Below, in pieces: positions 41,389 to 51,709 of a DNA stretch of 64,000 nt. Numbering within the stretch: position 1 is the first letter of the stretch; every line of letters begins with the position of its first letter. The DNA comes from Candidatus Bathyarchaeota archaeon. GTDB taxonomy: Archaea > Thermoproteota > Bathyarchaeia > 40CM-2-53-6. The DNA is taken from the NCBI GenBank assembly GCA_963833125.1, contig CAWHWX010000019.1, forward strand, positions 1-64,000. The letters run 5' to 3'. The notes beneath the pieces were generated by a model. The model was not told the DNA's origin. It did no database searches and was given only the letters and a program-made list of their open reading frames with translations. A program made the position numbers and the translations under genes.

Positions 41389-41777
41389 TCCTTCTTGTGC
41401 TTGATATCTTCTGCGTAGATTACGTCGACCTGCATCTTGCCCTTACATTGTTGGCATTGGCCAACTTCCTTGGAGACGTAGTCTCCTGTGCTGAAAGTTC
41501 GGATCACTTTGAATCCGCAGCCGGCGCAGATTACTTGACTGAGTACTTTCGCGGCTATGTGTTGTAGGTATACCATTCGTTGGCGCATTCGTGTGATGGA
41601 GGAGATTGCGAGTACTGTTCCCACCGATGCCATGAGGCCGTAGACTATGAACTGAGTGTATTGACCGGCTTGATAGTTGTTCAGTGCTTGAATCATTGCG
41701 AACATGGATATTGCTAGGATGACGAGCGAAAACGCGATCATGAGGTAACCCCAGATTGCTGGTGATTTCGTACTCAA
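41385..41777 (-). CDS. Membrane protein with C-terminal zinc ribbon
   Basis: 2 TM then CAGC...GDYV...CQQC. Confidence 0.75.
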   Translation of the reverse strand: MSTKSPAIWGYLMIAFSLVILAISMFAMIQALNNYQAGQYTQFIVYGLMASVGTVLAISSITRMRQRMVYLQHIAAKVLSQVICAGCGFKVIRTFSTGDYVSKEVGQCQQCKGKMQVDVIYAEDIKHKKD

Positions 41778-41787
41778 TTCTAATCGC

Positions 41788-42927
41788 CTATGGCGCTATT
41801 CCTGCGGTATTGCCAATACCTGCGATTATGACTAGTTCGCCCTCTTTGGTTGTTTCGAGGATTAGCTGTTTGATCTTCTCGATGACGGGGTCAACGGCGT
41901 CTGCGATCTCTTTCTTCATCGTGGTGACTGCTTCGAGGATGCTTTGTTTTATGACGATGGCGTAGACGGGTACGTTGAATTTCGTTGCTTCCTCTTCGAT
42001 CTTGAATCTTTCAGTTCCGATTCCGCCGATTGCGGCGCCGATTCCTTCGGCCACTTCGCCTGTCTTCTCTCCCTCAAGTTTGAGGGCTGCATCTACCATT
42101 ATTATCATGGAAGCCTTTCCGTTATTCTCTTCGAGTACTTGACGAATTGCGTCCCCTGGTTTGCCTACGTTGCCCCCCGGTCCCTCGGCTTTCAAGGTGA
42201 TTACTCTTCTTCCCTCCAATGTCGTCTCTGCGGCGACCATGTCCTTCGGAACTTTTCTGCTCTCGTGGCCGCGCATTAGTCTGTTAGCAACAAGTGGGCC
42301 GGCGCCGTCGCCTATGGGGTGGCCTTCAGCGAAAGCCTTCGATGCCCCCGTATAGGCTTCAGCCTCCTGCATGATTAGGGGAAGGAAGGCTTGAAGTTGA
42401 AATATGACCAGAATGCTGAAAGTTTTCTTACCGAGCAAGTACAAGTGCCGGACGATCTTGAACATGTAGTTTAGAGCCCAAGTGGCTTCGACAAGGTTCT
42501 CGAGATTGTTTACTTGGGTAGGGTTAGCCTCTGGCGCGATTCTCGCCACGTCTGACTTGAATTTCGCTTCCCTAACGTCAAGAAGATGGTCGAACTTGTT
42601 GACGATGCCTGCCGGGTCCATGCTGACGGGTTCAATGAGAAATTGTTCAAGTAACGTGTTTAACTTCGGCGTCGGATCATCCTTCGCTTTGCCTACGTCT
42701 CGAAGGGTCCTTACAGTAAGTGATTTGGCGTCGTTCTTCATGTTCTCAAGTTTTCTTACAGCGCCATCTATCTGCATGAGTGCCAATCGACTTTGAATTT
42801 GCTGTCCGAATAAGAACAGGGCAATGAACGAACCAACCCAAATTATGTTGATTAGGTTAGTGAATATGTTCTGGCCGAATAAGCCGGGACCGTTTTCTAG
42901 GACAATGCTGACAAGTGAAGGAAGCAA
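41788..42927 (-). CDS. DUF1512-family protein
   Basis: PIGDGAGP, KAEGPG, VDAALKLEGE, GIGNT. Confidence 0.85.
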   Translation of the reverse strand: MLPSLVSIVLENGPGLFGQNIFTNLINIIWVGSFIALFLFGQQIQSRLALMQIDGAVRKLENMKNDAKSLTVRTLRDVGKAKDDPTPKLNTLLEQFLIEPVSMDPAGIVNKFDHLLDVREAKFKSDVARIAPEANPTQVNNLENLVEATWALNYMFKIVRHLYLLGKKTFSILVIFQLQAFLPLIMQEAEAYTGASKAFAEGHPIGDGAGPLVANRLMRGHESRKVPKDMVAAETTLEGRRVITLKAEGPGGNVGKPGDAIRQVLEENNGKASMIIMVDAALKLEGEKTGEVAEGIGAAIGGIGTERFKIEEEATKFNVPVYAIVIKQSILEAVTTMKKEIADAVDPVIEKIKQLILETTKEGELVIIAGIGNTAGIAP

Positions 42928-43021
42928 TAAGATTCCTCTGAATTCCTTTTGATACCGCGGGCTGGCACGTTATAAACATTCATTCAATTGACTACACGTC
43001 AATCAACCAAGTCACAAAAAT

Positions 43022-43187
43022 GGAGTCGGCAGCGGTCCGGGACTCGCGTGGCCTTTCGGAACACACTACTACCCGAATCGCCTGAGAGATTCACTTCCGT
43101 GTTTCCGGTACGAGTCTGCGCCCATTTAGCTGCCCGCACTTTCGGAATGGGAACGGGTCCTAGCCCTCAGCTATGGCCGCCAACTCC
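43022..43187 (-). rRNA. rrf: 5S rRNA with a 39-nt insertion (43102-43140), candidate BHB intron
   Basis: GGCGGCCATAGC...CCCGTTCCCATTCCGAA[insert]CACGGAAGTGAA...AGTAGTG..GAAA..GCGAG..CGCTGCC; terminal helix GGAGTTGGCGGC/GCTGCCGACTCC. Confidence 0.92.
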
Positions 43188-43247
43188 AACAGACGCACTG
43201 TCCAGCGAATAATTAAACGTAGAGCCCGCCACAATTACTGCCTTCGT

Positions 43248-44417
43248 GTGGAATGTAGCTTGAGAGGGGCGGCCATAATTGGGGTTGGGACGACGTCAAT
43301 TACCGCAGGTTCTGGCAGAAGCCTAACGGAACTGTTCGTTGATGCCGCGAAGCAAGCTATCGACGAGGCAGGAATTGACAAAATTGACTCGATATACGTT
43401 GGAAATATGATGTCCGGTTTCTTACAGAACCAAGAACACCTCGGCGCATTGATGGCCACGGCGCTCGGCAGAGAGGGGGTGCCGACCTACAAGGTCGAAG
43501 GCGCTTGTGCCTCTGGCGGGGTCGCCACAAACGCAGCCGTAAAGGGATTACTTTCCGGACTAGAGGATGTCGTGCTAGTCGGTGCCGTTGAGAAGATGTC
43601 TGGTTATACTACCCCGGAGGTGACGGCAGGGTTGATGATGGCTGAGGATAGAGTCAAGGTTGCTTCAACTGGTGTCACGTTCGTTGGCCTCAACGCCATG
43701 ATCGCCAGACAATATATGCACAAGTACGAGGTCTCCCACGAGGCGATAGCTGAATTCCCGGTCTTATGTCACCAGAATGCATTGGACAACCCGAAAGCGC
43801 AATTTCGAAAGAAGATAGGCGTCCAGGATGTTTTGCAGTCTCCCTTAGTCGCAGATCCGCTCAGGCTTCTAGACTGCTCTGGCATAGGGGACGGGGCTGC
43901 AGCCCTTCTCCTAGCCCCAATGGAGGTGGCCAAGAAATACACGGATTCGCCCGTAGAGATAGCCGCGTCAGCAGTATCAAGTGATACGCTGAGCCTCTAC
44001 CAAAGGCCCGAGATTACCACTTTCGAAGCTTCCAGGAAAGCTTCAGATCGCGCATACAAAATGGCCGGTGTCCAACCCGAAGACGTTGACCTGCTTGAGG
44101 TTCACGATGCATTCTCCATCCTGGGTATTATGGCGCTGGAGGATCTCGGCTTCGCGGCGAAAGGTTCAGGGGCTAAGCTTCTGGAGGAAGGTGAATGTTT
44201 CCGAGACGCTCGGCTTCCAACAAACAGCTTCGGCGGACTCAAGGCCAGAGGCCACCCAGTCGGAGCAAGCGGGGTCTTCCAAGTTGCGGAGCTAGCCCTT
44301 CAACTCAAGAACGAGGCTGGGAAGTGTCAAGTGTCTGGCGCGGAAATCGGTCTTGCACAGAGTGTTGGTGGAATCGGCAGCACAGTCACAGCTCATATTC
44401 TTCGCAGGATGGATTAG
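43248..44417 (+). CDS. Thiolase (acetyl-CoA acetyltransferase family)
   Basis: EGACASG, EVHDAF, GGLKARGHPVGASG. Confidence 0.93.
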   Translation: MECSLRGAAIIGVGTTSITAGSGRSLTELFVDAAKQAIDEAGIDKIDSIYVGNMMSGFLQNQEHLGALMATALGREGVPTYKVEGACASGGVATNAAVKGLLSGLEDVVLVGAVEKMSGYTTPEVTAGLMMAEDRVKVASTGVTFVGLNAMIARQYMHKYEVSHEAIAEFPVLCHQNALDNPKAQFRKKIGVQDVLQSPLVADPLRLLDCSGIGDGAAALLLAPMEVAKKYTDSPVEIAASAVSSDTLSLYQRPEITTFEASRKASDRAYKMAGVQPEDVDLLEVHDAFSILGIMALEDLGFAAKGSGAKLLEEGECFRDARLPTNSFGGLKARGHPVGASGVFQVAELALQLKNEAGKCQVSGAEIGLAQSVGGIGSTVTAHILRRMD

Positions 44418-44420
44418 TAA

Positions 44421-44753
44421 ATGTCGGCGCACCCATTACAGATCGTTTCATACGTTTGCCAGAAATGCGGCTGGGCAGATTTCTATCCCGCTGAAACTTG
44501 CCCACGTTGTTCTAATAACACAAACCAGACAGCATTTCCCGGCGTAGGGAAAGTCGTAACTTTTACCGCAATAAGATATCCTCCAAAAGGATTCGAGAAT
44601 CAAGCCCCTTACGTAGTGGCAATTATTGACATAGAGGGTGGACCAAGAGTTATCGGCCGCCTTTCTAACTCCAGTGACTCGGTTAAGATCGGTGCCGCCG
44701 TGGTATTGAAATCAAGAAAGGAAAGTGTTCTGGAATTCCAGCTTTCATCCTAA
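44421..44753 (+). CDS. DUF35 zinc-ribbon/OB-fold thiolase partner
   Basis: CQKCG...CPRC, GKVVTFT, PYVVAII; directly after the thiolase. Confidence 0.9.
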   Translation: MSAHPLQIVSYVCQKCGWADFYPAETCPRCSNNTNQTAFPGVGKVVTFTAIRYPPKGFENQAPYVVAIIDIEGGPRVIGRLSNSSDSVKIGAAVVLKSRKESVLEFQLSS

Positions 44754-44757
44754 GCTG

Positions 44758-44820
44758 TAGTACTATTAGTATTATCAGTATGATTAATGTTGTTAGTGGT
44801 GTTAGTATTGTTAGTATTAT
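44758..44820. repeat. Seven degenerate tandem 9-mers, consensus TAGTATTRT
   Basis: tagtactat tagtattat cagtatgat taatgttgt tagtggtgt tagtattgt tagtattat. Confidence 0.8.
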
Positions 44821-44995
44821 ATTCGAAGCGTAACGGTGGTCGACAGGACGCAAGACCTAGAAGGGTTGGTCAAGAAACTTGGTCAAACCTGAGTGATGCT
44901 TTGCTTATCGGTTGTCACCTCATTTGGGAGAGTTAATAGGGTTAGGAAACGGTTAAGGACGACCGAGGTTCGAGTTATTTCTCGGTGCCGCATCG

Positions 44996-45391
44996 ATGCC
45001 GAGAACAACACAAGACGAGCTGATTCGGATTGACCCAGAGGAAGTCTTCAAAATGAATCCGGCAATCAGGTGGGTTGGCCTCACATCTGAGTTTGGTGCA
45101 CCGATCTTTACGAAGATGCGTGAGGGCGTCATTAGCTTAACACCTGAAGAATTGGACAGAACCCAGCTAGCTCACACACCTTACTTGATGATGAGCATAC
45201 CACAAGAGCTGGAGCCATGGTACGGTAAGGTTAAGGGAGTTGTTACATATCACGACAAACTGGCGAACTTGTTTGTGCAGCTCAGGGACCGCACGTTTCT
45301 CGTTTTAGCATTTGAAGGGTCCACGCCCTCCGATACCATTAGGTCTGTGAATAATGCGATCCTTTCGAAGTGGGGACGCCAAGCCGACTGA
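44996..45391 (+). CDS. Roadblock/longin-like small protein (DUF6659-like)
   Basis: IRWVGL...MREGVISL...YGKVKGVVTYHDK pattern. Confidence 0.6.
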   Translation: MPRTTQDELIRIDPEEVFKMNPAIRWVGLTSEFGAPIFTKMREGVISLTPEELDRTQLAHTPYLMMSIPQELEPWYGKVKGVVTYHDKLANLFVQLRDRTFLVLAFEGSTPSDTIRSVNNAILSKWGRQAD

Positions 45392-45458
45392 GAAGAACCA
45401 GTCGCGCCACTTTTGCCACTGCCTCACTGAAGGTCTTGGGGAGTTGAGGGATAACTGA

Positions 45459-46979
45459 TTGGCAGAGACATCATTCGAGTTTAACGAAGCGACTATCGAT
45501 CAGCTTCAGGATGAGATGCGATCAGGACGTCAGACAGCTCGTTCCATCGCGGAGCACTATTTGGACCGAATCGAGCAGCTGAACCGGCAAGGGCCGTGTT
45601 TGAGGGCGGTGGTTGAACTCAACCCTGACGCCTTAACAATCGCCGACGAGCTCGACCGCGAAACGGAAGCAGAATGGGTTTCGTGGTCCGCTGCATGGCA
45701 TTCCAGTATTGCTCAAAGACAGTATTGATACCGCGGATCGAATGGCGACGACTGCCGGATCGTTGGCGTTAGAAGGATCGACCGCATCGAAAGATGCCTT
45801 CCTAGTGCAGCGTCTGCGAACTGCGGGAGCAGTTATTCTTGGAAAGGCGAATTTGAGCGAGTGGGCAAACTTTCGATCCACTCACTCTGTGAGCGGGTGG
45901 AGCGCCAGGGGCGGGCAAACCCGTAATCCTTACGCGTTGGATCGAAACCCATGCGGCTCCAGTTCAGGTTCGGCGGTTGCAGTGGCCGCTAACCTATGCG
46001 CTTTAGCGGTCGGTACAGAAACTGATGGGTCAATAACTTGTCCTTCTGCCGTTAACGGAATTGTTGGCATCAAGCCTACTCTAGGGTTGGTTAGCCGAAA
46101 TGGTGTCGTACCAATCGCCCACAGCCAAGATACGCCTGGACCAATGGCTCGAACAGTCCGCAACGCGACTTTGCTATTGAATGTGATCGCGGGAGCAGAC
46201 CCAGCTGACCCTTCGACAATGAATCACTCCGCCTTCGAGTTAGACTATACGAAATGTCTCAATCCTAATGGGCTTCGAGGAGCGCGGCTTGGGATTGCGA
46301 GACAGTACTTCGGTTCGAATGCTTCAGTTGATAGACTAATTGACAACTGCATTACGGAAATGAAGCGGCAGGGAGCCGAAATAATCGATCCCGTGGAATT
46401 TGCTTCGTTCAAGCAGTACGACGATTCTGAACTCGAAGTCCTCCTCTATGAGTTCAAGCACGATCTCAACCTGTACCTCAAAACACGCGGAAACTCAGTT
46501 GCTGTCAAGTCTCTCGCAGACATCATAGCATTCAACGAGGAACGGCGGAGTGAGGAGATGCCTTACTTCGAACAGGAAATCATGTTAAAAGCAGAGGCGA
46601 AAGGACCGCTAACAGACGAGCAATATAGAGAGGCATTGGCCAAGAACCATCGCCTCTCTCGTGCGGAAGGAATCGATGCGGTTATCGCCAAGGATAAGCT
46701 GGACGCCATAGTGGCCCCCACAACCGGCCCCGCTTGGTTACTGACTGGATAACCGGAGACCATGAAAGTGGAAGCTGTTCAACACCGGCTGCCGTAGCAG
46801 GGTACCCTCACATCTCGGTGCCAGCTGGTCTCGTTCACGGGTTACCCGTTGGAATTTCCTTCTTCGGTCCAGCATGGAGCGAACCAACCCTCCTTAGAAT
46901 CGCATACGCCTTCGAGCAAACTACCAAGGCGCGACGGCCACCAAATTTCTTGCCAACCACAGATCCCAACCTCCCGTAG
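45459..46979 (+). CDS. Amidase signature family enzyme (two frameshifts)
   Basis: LKDSI, GKANLSEWANF, CGSSSGS, GTETDGSITCP, GYPHISVP. Confidence 0.92.
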
Positions 46980-47027
46980 CCCGGGAAGCACTTAGAAATT
47001 CTCGCTGAATAGCCACTCAATCGTGCC

Positions 47028-47888
47028 TTAGTTTGTTCCTTTTGCAGGTGCAATTTCGAACCTACAGAACGGCGCACCTTGTACAACGCATTGAGTTTCA
47101 ACGGCCTCTACCTTCTTGTCGAACACTTCTGAGAACAACCCCGCTATGTCTCCTCGGACGTATTGGCTGTACGGTTCTCCACCTTCGCCTCGATGCATTA
47201 TGCACTCAAAGTTCTCAAAAGCTTGAACAACTGCAAGTCCCGTGATCGAAATCTACCTCCATGAGTTTGAAGATTCCCCAACCTCCTGCGGCATACATGT
47301 TCATCATGTTAGGGAGCTGATCTCTGATGCTGTCCTTACCGATAGTTTCCAAGAAAGATTTGGTGGACGACTGACCACCTGCTCGACCCATCTGATGTAA
47401 CAGCACCTTCCCCAAGGAACCATCTACGCCGAAAATTTCACGAGGCCGAGAGAACACTGAGCCTATAGTGTCCAGTCTGAATATTATCGCACGATTCTTT
47501 CCCAACATGAGAGGATGGTGTAGAGTGTCTACAATCACGCCGTTCAGCCCATCTTGAGTTTGGACTTTCTTTACAACCGGGAGCGACTTCAATTCTTGAC
47601 CGAGTTGAGCCGTAGATGCATCCGATTGGCTTAGGTCCGCAAGAAACTCCAGCGTGCAAACTCGTGAAAGCCAGAGCGAATATTCGCCTTGTGTTTCGCA
47701 AGAATATCAGCCACTTCCCTAAGCATGCCTGGCTTGTCGCTTGTGAATTCAATGCTGAATTCCGCGAGACGAACATTAGCAGCCTCAACCTCAGCAACAA
47801 ACGCACGCTTAGGAGAGTATTCTGGGGTCTGGTCGGATTTAGGAGGATTTTCTTTAGTCTTGGCAGCGGTCATACCTTGCGCCAGCAT
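47028..47888 (-). CDS. ACT + V4R domain protein (frameshifted)
   Basis: DKPGMLREVA..LAKHKANI (ACT); GWG, ENFEC, VETQC...FCRFEI (V4R). Confidence 0.8.
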
Positions 47889-48243
47889 TTAGCGGAACTT
47901 GGCATTCAGCTCCCTTTCTTCACTACGTTTTGCTCTTTTCACGAGATAACCTGTGGTTTGCCTATTTACTATAACGTTGCGTTACGCGTCCCACCTTTCT
48001 GCCGTGATGGGAACAGCAAGTGGATCTATTTGAGCAACTTCATTTTGTGGGATAACTGTGGGGGTTCAAAATCTGAACTAATGTAACGGTGGGCGGCGGG
48101 GCCGCACACTCAAGAATTAGATGCATCGTAAACTAATGTCTTGACGAGACACTTTGAGTAAGTGGGCCCAATTCCTTGGGCAAGAAGATTGACCGATTCC
48201 AACCGAGTTCTTTGGTCAATGCTGGTTGACTGACAAAATGTTG

Positions 48244-49743
48244 TTACGGTCTGTGTGTACGCCGTCCAATTATGTAGGCTGGTACAATCGCCGCAATTGC
48301 AACCATTAGGGCGAGGATGAGGTATGTTTGGGTTGGATTGAGTTCGGACACTGCCGTCGTTGTTGTGGTCGTTTCTGGTGCTGGGCCAACGAAGTTTGCG
48401 GGTTCGATTAGGGTGGGTTGAGGTGCTTGGTTGAAGTCGAATGAGTTCATCATATCGTTCGCCTTCACGTCCCTCACGCCTAGGCTTGGGAGGTTGAAGT
48501 TATCCTCCGCGAGCCTCAGAAGCGAGGCGAATTCGTATTGCGTGTGGTCAATGTAGCCCTGTTTCGCCCATGGCGAGATGACTAGGGTTGGGACTCGGAA
48601 GCCTTCGCCGTAGGCATCGACCTGAGGTGGAGGAACATTGTCGTAGAACCCTCCGTAGTCGTCCCACGTTATGATGATCGCTGACGACTGCCAGTACTGG
48701 CTCTGCATTACCTGGTTCACCAAATAGGAGACATAGTCCATTCCACAGTCGCTCCGTGCTGGTGGGTGTTCGCTGGGCGATTGGCCTTTGCAGGCCGCCG
48801 GGTAAGTGGGGGGGACCCAGCCGCCGGGTATTATCCATGAAACAGCGGGCAACTGCCCGTTCGCTATGGCGGAGATGAAATTGGGTGTGTTCTTGACATG
48901 GTCGCTTAGCTGGCTTGGACTGTTCTGGAAGTATGTGAAAAGCGGTAGTACGTCCCAGATGTTCGGTTGTAATGGTCTACGGTTTCCGTCGTACCATGCC
49001 CAAGACACGTTTGCGTTGCTCATCTCTTGGGCAAGCGTCGACCAGTCCAACGAAACGCTTTGCCAGTTGAGGTTCGCGTTCGGGTTGTCGATTATTCCGC
49101 CGTTGAGAATCCATGGGTAGGTGAGGTTGGTGGGTCCGTTTGTACCTGAAGCGATGTATAGGTGGTTCGGGAAGCTCGGGCCCATTAGTGAGGAGAAGAA
49201 GTTATCGTCGATAACATACTGGTTCGCGTAATCCCAGTAGTATGGGATGTCGCTTCGATCATAATATCCCATTGTCAAAATACTTCCCTCCGCGGCGACG
49301 AACCCATCCATCTTGCCATCATCATATGCCTCGTGCGCCACATGCCACGCATGACTTAGATCCCCTCCAATCGACTCGTCGCTCAAATGGTATGGAGTCG
49401 TGTTTTGGACCTGTTGTAAATCGTCGGGGTCAGCGACACCCGGCGGGAGCTCATCACCTACAATCATGATGGGTCGGGAAACATCCAAGTGAAATGGTTT
49501 CACGTATCCTAAGCTAGTCTGGTTCGGGTTGAACGGAATACTCACGCCCATCGGCAGCCCGTTCACGCCGGGATACGTACCGAAGTAATTGTCAAAGGAA
49601 TGATTCTCCTGCACGATGAAGATGAGATGCTGGATCTTCGAACCCGATCCGTTAGCGGGACCGGGCGCTATAAGAGGCAGTGTCATTCCGCCAACAAGCA
49701 TGACGATCATCGCGAGCGGGATGATCGCGTAAACAAACTTCAT
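48244..49743 (-). CDS. Secreted, membrane-anchored phosphoesterase (phospholipase C/acid phosphatase family)
   Basis: [37 protein letters not shown]. Confidence 0.92.
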   Translation of the reverse strand: MKFVYAIIPLAMIVMLVGGMTLPLIAPGPANGSGSKIQHLIFIVQENHSFDNYFGTYPGVNGLPMGVSIPFNPNQTSLGYVKPFHLDVSRPIMIVGDELPPGVADPDDLQQVQNTTPYHLSDESIGGDLSHAWHVAHEAYDDGKMDGFVAAEGSILTMGYYDRSDIPYYWDYANQYVIDDNFFSSLMGPSFPNHLYIASGTNGPTNLTYPWILNGGIIDNPNANLNWQSVSLDWSTLAQEMSNANVSWAWYDGNRRPLQPNIWDVLPLFTYFQNSPSQLSDHVKNTPNFISAIANGQLPAVSWIIPGGWVPPTYPAACKGQSPSEHPPARSDCGMDYVSYLVNQVMQSQYWQSSAIIITWDDYGGFYDNVPPPQVDAYGEGFRVPTLVISPWAKQGYIDHTQYEFASLLRLAEDNFNLPSLGVRDVKANDMMNSFDFNQAPQPTLIEPANFVGPAPETTTTTTAVSELNPTQTYLILALMVAIAAIVPAYIIGRRTHRP

Positions 49744-49852
49744 TTACGCTCACCAGATTTGGAGCAATCGATGATTTGAGCCGTAATTAAAGCATCGTGG
49801 ACGATTCGTCTAGCTTTCCGACAGAGCGTGCGTGTGAGACAGTCAAGCATAA

Positions 49853-51443
49853 ATGCGGAATAACTTTGTTTACATCGTGGCATCATTGGCGTCAGCTTCC
49901 TACGATGCAATCGTGATAGGCGCGGGCCATAACGGCCTCGTTGCTGCGAATTATCTTGCGAGAAACGGTTTCCGAGTCATCGTCCTAGAGAAGAGACACG
50001 TTCCAGGCGGAGCCTGTGTAACAGAAGAAGTTTGGCCTGGGTTCAAGATAAGCAGACTATCGTACGCTTACAGTCTCTTCAGAAGCGAGATTGTGAATGA
50101 TTTACAACTCGAACGGCATGGGTTCAGCATTGTCTCCCCAGCGATCGATGTCTTTGTCCCGTTCGGAGACGGAAGACATCTGAGTCTCTACAGTGACTCT
50201 GGGAAGACTAAGAAAGAGATCGAGAAATTCTCGGCAAAAGACGGGAAAGGGTACGAAAACTACGTCAAGTTCTGGAACGAGGTTCGGATGCTCTTTGGTG
50301 CAATTGGGATGAGTGCGCCACCCCCGCTGAAGGACATAGCGACGTTGCTCGAGGATCCATCGTCTACGGATTTCATCAAGAAAGTTATCTTCTACAGCGT
50401 CCGCGACCTTCTAGACGAATTCTTTGAAGATGATCACGTTAAGGCTGCATTCATGGCGAGAGGCCTCATCGGCACCTTCGCTAGCCCAAGCACGCCCGGA
50501 ACTGCATACGTACTCGGACATCACGTGATCGGGGAGGCGGCAGGAGAACAAGGGGTTTGGGGATATGTCCGTGGCGGTATGGGTGGTTTAGCTGAAGCAT
50601 TGGTCAAAGCGTTGAAGGAAGCGGGTGGCAACGTGATGCTTGGCGCTCCAGTCTCTAAAATTTCCGTAAAGGACTCTGCCGTAACCGGTGTAGTTCTCGG
50701 CGATGGAAAAGTCATTGAATCAAAAATCGTGCTTTCAAATGCGGACCCGAAACAGACAATGCTGAAGCTCTTGGGGAGAGAGCATCTAGAGAGTGGATTG
50801 GCGGAGCGACTATCTTCTCTCAAGGATGAAGGGTGCGTGTTGAAGTTGAACGCAATCCTAACCGGGTTACCGCGGTACAAGGACTACCCAACACCCACTG
50901 GACCGCACTTGGAGGGCATAACAGGGATAGGGCCGTCTCCGGATTACTTTGAGAGAGCATACTTCGACGCATTGATGGGAAGATATTCCGAGAAGCCATT
51001 GCTCAGATGTGTATACCACACTGTAACCGACCCGACGCTTGCCCCGAAGGGTTACCATACATTATCGGTTTTTGCACAATTCTTCCCGTATCACTTGCGT
51101 AGTGGCAATTGGGATGAGATGAAGGAAGGAGCCGCTAAGGTAGTCTTCGAGACAATGGAGGAATTCGCGCCAGGCTTTCGAAAACTCGTCTATAAGTACG
51201 AAGTGATAACGCCATTAGACATGGAGCGGGAGTTCTCGCTGCCAAAAGGGAACATCTTCCACGCCGGAAATAATTCCCTCCCAGATGCTGTCGTTCAGAC
51301 CAACTCCCGAACTCTCAGGGTATAAGACGCCGATCGGAGGTCTCTATTTGTGTGGCTCAGGAAGCCACCCAGGCGGTGGAGTTACGGGTGCGCCTGGCTA
51401 CAATGCGGCGCACTTAGTCATCAAACAGCATGAAAATGCTTGA
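49853..51443 (+). CDS. Phytoene dehydrogenase-like FAD oxidoreductase (frameshift near 51265)
   Basis: [38 protein letters not shown]. Confidence 0.88.
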
Positions 51444-51472
51444 CGGTTTCCGGCGGTTCAGTTTCATCGGGT

Positions 51473-51658
51473 GGTAACGTCAACTTGTCGGTTGCTGCTG
51501 CAAACCGCTTCGTATGGGGGGATCGAGGCGTAGAATGAGGCGAGGGGTATCTTCGTTTGGCACCGTTTGGCACCACCCCTCGAGGGGTGGATCCACCCCA
51601 CCTAATTCCGCACAGAAAACAAGAGGAACCGCTTAACAACCGTTAACTGGACGTTACC
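51473..51658. mobile_element. 186-bp MITE
   Basis: 22-bp imperfect TIRs (GGTAACGTCAACTTGTCGGTTG / GGTAACGTCCAGTTAACGGTTG, 18/22) flanked by 8-bp direct repeat CATCGGGT (51465-51472, 51659-51666). Confidence 0.88.
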
Positions 51659-51709
51659 CATCGGGTGGTTAGTGTTAAATACTAATGAGCCATCGTTACC
51701 TCCTTTTTC

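Noticed and set aside
42988-43247. ORF 42988..43212 and the N-terminal extension of the thiolase ORF
   Set aside because: They are antisense to the 5S rRNA gene and its promoter.
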